Source: the human T2T-CHM13v2.0 reference genome, Homo sapiens. Taken from it: a DNA stretch of 64,000 nt. This document shows positions 52,410-64,000 of the stretch, piece by piece; position 1 is the stretch's first letter; each line of letters begins with the position of its first letter. The position numbers and the translations under genes were made by a program. The notes below the pieces were generated by a model that worked only from the letters and a program-made list of their open reading frames with translations, searched no databases and had not been told where the DNA came from. Where the stretch lies: NCBI RefSeq assembly GCF_009914755.1, contig NC_060925.1. One strand, given 5' to 3'.

Positions 52410-53160
52410 TATCCTGGCTATGAGTCAAGGGTTTAGGACCTTTTGAGGCACTTGGGTTTAGACAATTCTCAGTGATGTGTACTGGAATTTGGGTACAGGA
52501 ATACTATTCACAGGTGAACAGAGTTTGATTTTGGCTGAAGGCATATTATTTGATCCAGATAATAATATAAAAATAATCCAAATGTTAGGACCTTAGCTTC
52601 TGCGAACCCTGACTTGAGAATAGTTAGCCATACATGTAGTTGGACTTTATGTAGGACTAACCAATCTCCTCTGCACTATTTTTGCACAGTACATTGATTA
52701 TGGTATCCCTGATGACCTCTGTCCCCATCCTTGTGAGTAGCCTTCATTGCTACCACCCAAGGATGTTTTAAAAAGGCTATGAGGAAGGATGCATGTAGGG
52801 AAATCTGAGGTTGTTCTTTGGATTTTCCCTGTTTTGTTTTAGGAAGTATCCATGATTTTATATAATAATATGTAGCAATCTTAGGTTTTTCCATTTTCAT
52901 TTTTAACATAATTTTGTTATTCATTCTGTTTGGGTGTCTACCTCTAAATTAACAAACATGAGAAATTGTGTACTCCATTTAAAAAGTGTCCTGAGCAATT
53001 TAAGCTAAAAGAATATGTTGTTTCTTTTGGGTGTATAGCAAGAAGATTATATATATTTATAAATTTTTTTCCAGCAAGTGTACTTAAAAGCATGTACTTA
53101 AAATTAAGGACTTAAAAAAACTAAGCTGTACTTAACAAAATAATCTTTAGAAAGCTTTAA

Positions 53161-53716
<556 letters not shown>

Positions 53717-56560
53717 TCATGTTGGTCAGTGTCATTTGGATCTCGTTGGTGCTTATTGTTCTGCCGATGTGTATTAGTGAACCTACTCATGGGGAAGATA
53801 ATACTATACAATGAATTTTCCCATTCAGTTGGAATTTTTTTATTACTCTGTTTTCTATGTTTTTCATTTAGATGTAAATTATTTTGGCTTCCATTCAACC
53901 TATTTCAGCTAGTTTTTACCATAATACACATGGCTTAAGATTTATAGGAGGCTAAGAGTGGAGAGTGTATCTTCCTTCAAACAAATGGTAAGAAAGGAAC
54001 TTTCAAAACTGTTTCAGTTTTGCAAAGATTAGAAAAGTACAATTCTACTTTCTCAACTTTTCATCCTTGTTAAAGGCCTGGAAATTTGCAGCATTTTGTT
54101 CTTTCTTATTTTACTTTTCTAATTTGTTACACAAAGTGAAATTCCACACATAAACATGCAAGCTGAAGGTTGGGTTTATTCATAGGTTTTGTCTTAATTA
54201 TAGATATTTAGTTTATTGAATATCTTATTGAGTATTGAGTACCTGCTGTGGTCCAGGCATCTTCTTAGGTCCCAGGTGTACAAAGAGGAGCCAATTGTGG
54301 TTACTGCCTCTATGGAATTTGCCTAGAAGTGGGAGAGAGAGAGATGAGTGAGCCAGCACTTATAATACATCTACTTAGGATAAAATGGGAGCACAGAAGA
54401 GGAACATCTGTATCAGTGGGTCTCTGAGAGCTTCTTCAGGAAAATAATGCTTTATCTGTGATTTGAAATATAGTAGGAATTTAGCAAGATAGAGAAAAAG
54501 GAAAAGGAGGTAAAATATTTTTCAGGTAAAAGAATGTACATGGGTATAGAGGTGATCATTATTAGCAAATTGGCTACATCCTAATTTGTAAGTATTTGTG
54601 GATTTTTCAAACCTTATATTTCATGTAGAAGAGCTGAATGCATTAGTCTCATCTCCAAGATCCAGGTATTGAAATTTAACCCATGCATAAATTGAATTTT
54701 TTTCTGAAGTCTTTAATAAGAGAAAAATAAAAGGAAAAACTACACAGTATATAGTAGATTTCAATATAGCACAGCAAACACTGATGATTTTTTTTTGCAA
54801 TAAGTTCAATATTATAAAATAGAACAAAATTGGAATTTTTAAAACCAAAAATTATTCTAGATTTATCAGCTAACTGGAATGATTTTTTTATAGTATGAAA
54901 AGTCTATTAGTAATACAAAAAATATTCATTTATAAGTTGTTATCGTTGATTATATTTTCTTAAGGTATATTTTCAGTTTTTGAAAAGCAGTAATAATTTG
55001 CTATGACCCTATAGCCCAGTTCTTAATATCTGGATCTGATACTAGCATCTCTTAGGTAGAAAACACACTTTCTATATGATAATATCTGTAAAGAGCACAT
55101 AAATCCTTGGAACACTATTAGGAAAACAAAATCGATTTATCTCTTATTGCTTTTTTTTTTTTTTTTTTTTTTCCTTTCAATCAAGACAAATTTCAAGGAG
55201 GAAGACAGATGTTTCTCCACTTCGTTTTTATTTAAATGTACCACTTGGGATTTGAAGCTTCCGCACTTCTTCTGTTTGTTTGGATTTTTTTTTCATGGCT
55301 TGATCCCAAAAAATGGAACACAAAATTTAGAGAAAGTTTTGTTTGAAATTGCAGGGCGCTATGAGAATTATTGCAAATCCCTGATGTCTCCTTGTCTGCC
55401 CTCAATTCTCCTATTTTTGGTAATAATGCAGGCAGTCATTTTAGAAAACTTTGCTTTGTTCATTTTACTGAGCCTCTTCCAGAGGCCATGTGCCAGAATC
55501 AACAGCAGCCAACCACAGCCAAGATCCTAGGGCGTAAACTCAGACTTCATCTCTCAAATATTGCTACTTGAAATTTGCATAAACGTTGAAGAAAAAGTTA
55601 AAAGAGCCTGTATAACTCCTCTTCATGTATTTTAGGAGCCTCAGACAGTCAAGACGTTAAAATACCTTCCGATTGAGCAGTGGGTCTAAGCACAGATACC
55701 ACACTGCAGATAGGGAGAAGGATATGAAAAAAATCATGTGAGATAGACGACAGAGGCTTATTTGAAGAAGCTACAAAGCAACAAGTAATGCCAGTTTAAA
55801 ACGATTACATGTTAATGCAACAAGTAAAACACATTGAAGGCTTCTCAGATTACACTGGCTGAAGTACAGACTTAATTACTCATGTTAGAGATTCCTAAAA
55901 CAAAGGGAGGCTTTTAAGCCAGTGATATGTAGCTGGTATGATACTGAAAAGCATTGGAAAACTTAGGTAAATGCCTAGAGGAAATTTTAAGGAAGATTCC
56001 ATCAAGTCTGGATACCTTAGCCTTATCCTTAAATGAATAAATTTCTGAGGCGCTGGAACTGGTTAAAATCAATGGCAGCTTATTCTGTTGTTTGCAGTTT
56101 TTATGTACAATTGGGGCTGATAAACCTGAATAAATAAAAGAGCCTTGTCTGGATTGAGTTACAGTTAGTGCTAAACATCAAGGGTTCATATTGTATTTCT
56201 TAAAAGTTCTTTTTGGAGTGATTCCAAGATTGGTATTAAGAGGGTATGCCAAGGGTATATATTGGCAATTTTTATTTTGTTTGTATTTATCTTAGAGTCA
56301 TTTGGGTAGGTCACATTCTCTCTGCCCCTACTCCCAACTTCTCATTAGATTGTAAGGACCATGAGGACAGAGATTGTTTGTTTTATTTGTGCTTAATTTT
56401 CATGCAGTGCCTAGTAGGGGACAATGCTGACAGTAGTTTCTCGACAAATATTAGTGGAACTGTATTAAAATTGAGTTTTTGCTCACATATATTGTTTATT
56501 TTACCTTTAGTGGATCACTTCTCCTTATGCCTTCAGTGCTATAGTTTTTTAAAAGAAGTA

Positions 56561-56957
56561 TGTTAGTCTGTTTTGCATTGCTCTAAAGGAATACCTGAGG
56601 CTGAATAATTTATAAAGAAAAAAGGTTTATTTGGCTAATAGCTTTGCAGATTGTACAAGAAGTTTAGAGCCAACATCTGCTTCTGGTGAGGGCCCAAAAA
56701 ACTTTCATGGCTGAAGGTGAAGAGGGAGCAGGTATGTAACATGGCAAGAGAGGAGGGAGCAAGAGAGATGTCAGTCTCTTTCAAACAACCAGCTCACATG
56801 GTAGCGAGAATTCACTCATTACTGTGGGTGGGCACCAAGCTATTCATGAGAGATCTGCCCCCATAACCTGAACACCTCCCAGTAGGCCCCACCTTCAACA
56901 TTGGGGATTACGTTTCAACGTGAGATTTGGAAGGGACAAAATAGCCAAACTATATCA
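56561..56957 (-). mobile_element. MST-family MaLR solo LTR
   Basis: tgttagtctgttttgcattgctctaaaggaatacctgag ... gagatttggaagggacaaaatagccaaactatatca. Confidence 0.85.
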
Positions 56958-58914
56958 AGCACAAAGAAGATACAGAGATAGTCAATGGTGGAGCTAGTAT
57001 TCAAACCCAGATTTGTCTGATTTCTGCATCCGTGCTTTCAACTGCTTAACTGCATTGCTTCAAATACTCAGAAAAGACGAAATGTTTTCCATATCCCAGG
57101 AACTTAAAAGTGAAAAAGCAGAGAGCTAGAAGACCATGTAGTGCTGAATTGAGAGTCATGAGTGTTACAAGGATAGGGGGTGGTGGCCCCGTGAGGACCA
57201 GAACCCTCCAGGGGAAGCTTTCTGGGTGAGGCAAGAGGTGAACTGGGCCTTGAAGGAATGGGTAGAATTTAGATAGTAATGAGGAAGGCAGAAATCAGTG
57301 GAAGCACAGACATGCATGGAGGAATGGAACTGAGTTCAATGACGATCTGTTCAGGAAAGAGGGCATAAACTGGGCAGAGAATGCAGTGGAAGTGGTGGGG
57401 AGTAATACTGGGCAGGTAAGGTAAGCTCTGATCTGGAAGGCCAGCATGGGAGCCTAGACTGGTTAAAGTAAGAAATGGCTTGTCCTTGGAAGAAAAAGTG
57501 TCAAACTTGGTACTGTGTGAAGGTACTGCACAGACCTCCCAACTGGTTCTTAAGAGAGCCAAACTGAGGCTAAGTTCTGAGAACTAAGTAAGAACTGACA
57601 GCCCTTGTAGGTTAGAAAGTAGTGGGGCAACATGTTACAAGTAGTGCTTCTGGAAGGTTAGATGCGGTTAGAATAAAATCATTGCCATTTTGGGGAGCTG
57701 GGAAAATGGATGTCTTCAGTCTAGTCTAAAAAGGGATGACTTGAATAAGCTTATATAAGAAAGAAAAGAAAAACCTTTTTACTCACTGGACCATTTCATA
57801 ATCTTGACTTTTCTCAAACATAAATCTGTGTCATTTTTCTTATTTAAAACAGCTGAGTAGTTTACTCTCCTACTTAGAGCTGTGATTCTTATCATGGGCT
57901 CTTGTGATCTAACCCCAGCCTGCCTCCCTGGCCTCTGTCCTTGCTTAGTAACCTCTAGCCATATGAACCTGGAATACCAGTCTAATTCCCACTTCAAGGC
58001 TTTTACACTTGTTGTTTCCTCTGCCTGGGGTGCTCTTCCCTCATATCTTCATGACACTTGTTCATTTACATTGTAGCTCAAAGCATACCTCCTCAGGGAG
58101 GCCTTTCCTAGACACTATCTGAGGTACACTCCTGCACCCCCAGCCTTCATGATTGCTTTTTATACATTACTGGGTTTTGTTTCCAATGGAACTTATCGCT
58201 TATTACTGTCCTAAATTATTTTATTAATTTTTTAGCCACCTTTCTCTTATAGAAATAAGGTTCCTGAGGACAGGGAGTTTATTCTGTATACTACGGTATC
58301 CCTGACATCAGGGCTTGTGCCTGCCGATAGTAGATGCTTTCTAAATATGTTCTGAATATTAGATAGCTAGTTCCCAAATGCACTGCACTGAAAGTGTATG
58401 AAAATTGGAAATTGGCTTCTAGATTTTTGTATTATATTGCCAAATGATGGAGTGATGAGATTGAAATCTACTACTTCTTTTTGCTTTTTTTTTTTTTTTT
58501 TTTTTTTTGGTGGAGTAGAGGAGGGCCTGCACAAACAGCAGAGACACACACAGTAAATAAGATTTATTTCAGCCAGCAAGTATTTATTGACATGAAAATT
58601 GGGGTTAAATGTGACTCTTTGTGAGTGACTAGTTTCTTGGAGTCTATTAAAGCATCAGTTTAAACATCAATTCTCTATGGTATGATTAATGTTTCTTTTT
58701 TTACTTTATAAGCATGAAGCTGCCTTCAATTTTATTGTTAAATTTAAGTGTTTTACATTGGAAAAAAGTAAATTGAATTTTGAAATGAGGTCTGTCCCGG
58801 TCTCACTTTCATGGCTTCAGGTTATCAAAGTTTTAATTTCTCTTTGTGTGGAAGATAATTATAGTATTCATTTTTGCTCCTGAGTAAAGCCACAAGTCTC
58901 AAGATTATTTTTCT

Positions 58915-59945
<1,031 letters not shown>

Positions 59946-60044
59946 CAGACAATATGTTATCATCTAAATCATCTAAGACCTCTATATTATATAGCTTTTG
60001 AGTATTTTTAAAAGTGGACACTCAAGCGTTCATATAGTCATAGT

Positions 60045-60216
60045 CAGTGTGTGGTTCCTCAGACCTGTGGTATCAACATCACCTGGGAATTTGTTAGGAA
60101 TGCAGATTCCCAGGCTCCCTGCGGACTTAGTCAGAAATTGTGGGGGTCGAGTCTAACACTCTTTTTTAAAAAGCCCTCCAAGTGATTCCAATGCTTACTA
60201 AAGTTTGAGAACCATG
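60045..60216. mobile_element. MER5A MITE
   Basis: catcacctgggaatttgttaggaatgcagattc...aagccctccaagtgattc...aagtttgagaacca. Confidence 0.8.
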
Positions 60217-61259
60217 GCTCAGTAAATGCTAAAGGTTCAAGGTAGCATGATCCCACACATCAGCCAAGTGGCATTAATTATTAGCCTGGTAAGCCCACCT
60301 TCTTTTCAGTCACTGAGTTTGATTGGTTCACTAGGGCTAGGCTGTAAAGTTATTTGCTAGATTGATTGCTACATATTGACTTTGGGTTGCTTGTATTTCT
60401 CTGAACCTGTCACTGTAATGATTTGTCAGGACACTTAATAGGAACAGGCCGTGATTTTTGCACCCATGGCATTCTGAGTCATGGGTGGCTGGGTCATTAT
60501 GTACTCCAGGTTTCTTCAGGCACTGGGCATGCCATTCATGTACTTATAAGGAGGGAGCTGTTGCTGGTGGATCACAGGGAACCTTTAGGGACATTTAGTT
60601 CGCTCTCAGCTTGGTACAGGTAGGGAAATTGAGCCCCCATGAAGTTGTGCTTTGCTTGCAGTTAGGGGTACAGACAGGATTTCAGGTCTCCTGAGTCCCT
60701 CCACTGCACCAGGATTCCTGCAGGGGGACAGAGCTACAGCTTTTTCTGTGCCTACAGGACATTCCTTTCCTACTGTGAGGGTTTTATTTATTTATTATTT
60801 TATTTAAAGAAAAAAAGTAAATAGAAAAAACCCCGGAAGTTCTCACTGAAACTAATAAAAGTGTCTAAAGAGAATGAAAAAATCAGTTTGAGAACTTTGG
60901 TATGGAGGAAATAACCTGACATTAACTGTTTTAATTATAGTTGTTGCATTGGGCTTATCAGTGTGGGAAGAGGGAGCATTTGAGCCTTACAGGGAAGTGG
61001 GATATGGACAACAAGATGACCCTCTTCCTGAATTTGCCTGTTTGGGCCTGCAGCCTGGTGACTCTTTGTGTGATCCCAACAGCTGTCATAGAGATGGGTT
61101 GGACTTTTACTGAGACCTGGGTCCTAGGCCCAGCACTGCCACCAGCTAGTGGCGCAATGCCCCATAAAGAGGCCACTTATTCTCTCTGGCCTCTACTATT
61201 GGTAAATGGGTATAATAATATCCACGCTGCCAATCCTGAGAAATTTCAGGTAATGGGAA

Positions 61260-61505
61260 GCAGTGTATCTTGGTGGTTAAGGGCAGAGTCTCTGGATTCA
61301 AATTCTGGCTTTCTAACTCACTGGCATGGCAGTAGGCAGGCCACTTATCCTCCCTGTTTTCTCACCTGAGAGTGGGTATAATGAAATTTACTTCTAAGGG
61401 TTGTTGTGAAGATTGAATTAGTTAGCTAATTTATGTAAAGTACTTAGGATAGTGCCTGGTATTTAGTAAGTTCTATGTGTTAGCCTATTATTATTATTAC
61501 TATTA
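61260..61505 (+). mobile_element. MIR SINE remnant
   Basis: tggtggttaagggcagagtctctgg...gggttgttgtgaagattgaa...gtaaagtacttaggatagtgcctgg. Confidence 0.75.
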
Positions 61506-62845
61506 CCATTTAAAAATATTATTTCAAGGATGGGATGCATTTTCTGTAAACATGTTCTCAAATGATTCTACTACTGGATACAATACTGGGCTTTTATGCA
61601 GTAATTGTTGTTGGAGGAGTTGTTCTGACATCCAGCTTGCACCTGGGCTACTGGTTTCGTGGCCAGGGATGGCCAGGCCTAGCGTCTCTCTGATCTTGCA
61701 CAATTTATGCATAGAGTGGTGTGGTTAGAGGAAACTTGGAGGGGGGAACTTCTCAGTTTTGCTTTCAGGTATTTATACATTAACTATCATAAGAGATGGA
61801 CATCTTAATAACTTCCAAGAAAGAGTTCATGAGCTTCAATTTGATATTTATTGTTTGACTAGGTTTCTTTCTGTCTTACCTTTCCAGTTGTTAGGGTTCT
61901 TGATATGTATTTTGGTGATGAAAATTTCAACTCTAAAAGCTAAACAATCAAGATATTGTAATTATCCAGCAAGTGATTGGCAGATTTCGAGTAGACTTCT
62001 TCCATTCTTGGCTGAAATCAATGAAAATGTCTACTATTGCTGTTGTTTTTGTTCTTTTCTCTGAAAAGTCTGTTTTTGGGAGGGCCTCAGATGGTAAAGT
62101 GCCTTTTTATTGTCTCTTAAAGGGAATGGGGGAATCAACAGTTTGAGAATTTTTGTTTTATCTGTATGTATAAAATTGCCTTCTCCTTTTATTTCTTTTG
62201 ATACTCTCTCTGCAGTCTCTATTCATGATCTACTCCCCATCTTTTTATGGGCCCCTTAAAGCTAGAGATTATGTTTATTCGGTTATTTATGTATTCCATT
62301 TCTCCTTTTTTCTGGATCCTAATTTTGTGCCTGGTGCATACTAGGCTCTCAATTTTAGTTTGTTGAATTACTGTTATTGCTGTTTCTGATTACTTCTTGA
62401 AGCGGTCTGTTTTAAAACTTCACCTGAAGGCTAAGTAATTCATCAGTATAATGGTGATCTATTATTTATCTAGCATTTTCCTAAACACTCATTGATGAAT
62501 CCTTATAATACTCATCTGAAGTATCTAAATCCCAAGATGATGTGTCATGCCATAGATGGTATGGCTTTAATTTTTAATTGGGAGATGGAGATGTAACAGC
62601 TGGAGATACTAAAACACAGAGAAATAAGAGCATCATTCAAGACCACAAATGTGGTTATTGTTGGAAGATAGTTTTGGGATGGGCTTCTGTGCTAGAAGCC
62701 AGAACATAAAAAACTGATTAAAACTCTAAAAAGAAACCCAGATTAGGTGGGAATGAATGCTGATCTGGATTGGATTACACTTCTTTGGTGTCTGAGGGTT
62801 ATGATTAGTGACTTACTTCTAATGTGCATTTGTTTTTATTTTTAG

Positions 62846-62927
62846 CATTGCAGTGTCGAGATGGCTATGAACCCTGTGTAAATAAAGGAATGTGTGTTAC
62901 CTACCACAGTGGCACAGGATACTGCAA
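62846..62927 (+). CDS. NOTCH2NLR: NOTCH2-like exon 2 (EGF-like repeat 1: [28 protein letters not shown])
   Basis: 82-nt exon bounded by AG and GTAAGT; EGF cysteine pattern; Lys38 and Ser46 where NOTCH2 has Glu and Asn; internal Met40 ATG at 62890. Confidence 0.92.
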
Positions 62928-63184
62928 GTAAGTTTTTCTCTTCATATATTTTCTTTTTGCGATAGAACACTGGACAAGATTTGATTCTACTCCTCTATTT
63001 TTAATGCTTCTGTGGAATGTTACTGGTTCTTGAGCTTTCCTGGTACAGATTTTGGTTGGGGGTGAGGATGGAAGGATGTGGATGCCAGATAATTGGCTAA
63101 TAAGAACTTCTTACTATCTTACTGTTATCTTTCTCACTATGAAAAAGACTTTTCAGTGAGTGGCTAGTTAATGTATATGGGGTA

Positions 63185-63550
<366 letters not shown>

Positions 63551-64000
63551 TTAACATGTTACCTATTATCTTGTTTTTAAGTAAAACCAAATAGATATCA
63601 ACTTTAATATTCGGCCCAGTATATGTGAATATTATATTCATATTTTTTTCTAGTGTAAAAAATCTAATTCTGAAAGTGAGACAGTGAGAGAGGAAGATGT
63701 GTGCATGTGTGTAGATTGAGGGGGAGCAGGGGCTTTGGGTGTGTATTATTATATGGGGATAAAAGAGTAAGGATGAAGGAAAATGTAGGCTAGTTCTTGG
63801 CTTAAGAGCATTTTTTTTTTCCTTTTTCTCCAACCATCTACTCTAGCCAAGACGTTTTGTTTGTTTGAGGAAGGCTGTGAGATAATTTCATAATAGCTTT
63901 TCTAGGTTTCCTGCAAATAATTTTTTTTCTTCTGCCTCAATTGAAAATTTTTAAGAGGAATATGTATCCATTCTTTTTATTTCAGGGAAGATGCTGGAGA

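Overview
This is human (hominid) genomic DNA from the chromosome 1 NOTCH2/NOTCH2NL segmental duplications, not a microbial locus. Two CpG-island genes diverge about 22 kb apart. On the minus strand at 278-510 is the first coding exon of a PDE4DIP (myomegalin) paralog. On the plus strand are exon 1 (CDS 23397-23469), a 39,376-nt intron 1 and exon 2 (62846-62927) of a NOTCH2 paralog. The spliced N-terminus, [52 protein letters not shown], differs from NOTCH2 (as recalled) by C19W, E38K and N46S and has an intact ATG, which best fits NOTCH2NLR. The 5'UTR carries an unexpanded (GGC)7(GGA)5GGC repeat inside an AUG-initiated poly-Gly uORF, homologous to the NOTCH2NLC uN2C/NIID repeat. The rest is intergenic or intronic sequence rich in Alu, MaLR, MLT2, Tigger, MER5, MIR and L1 elements. 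The locus itself is known. The most novel hypotheses are three: (i) E38K creates an AATAAA just after the uORF stop codon, so a 2-exon poly-Gly mRNA could exist; (ii) an 8-nt-shifted acceptor would give the uORF peptide a uN2C-like C-terminus; (iii) SEC22B is missing between the PDE4DIP-like and NOTCH2-like genes, implying a large deletion junction in this window. Gene and repeat names come from recognition, not from database searches.
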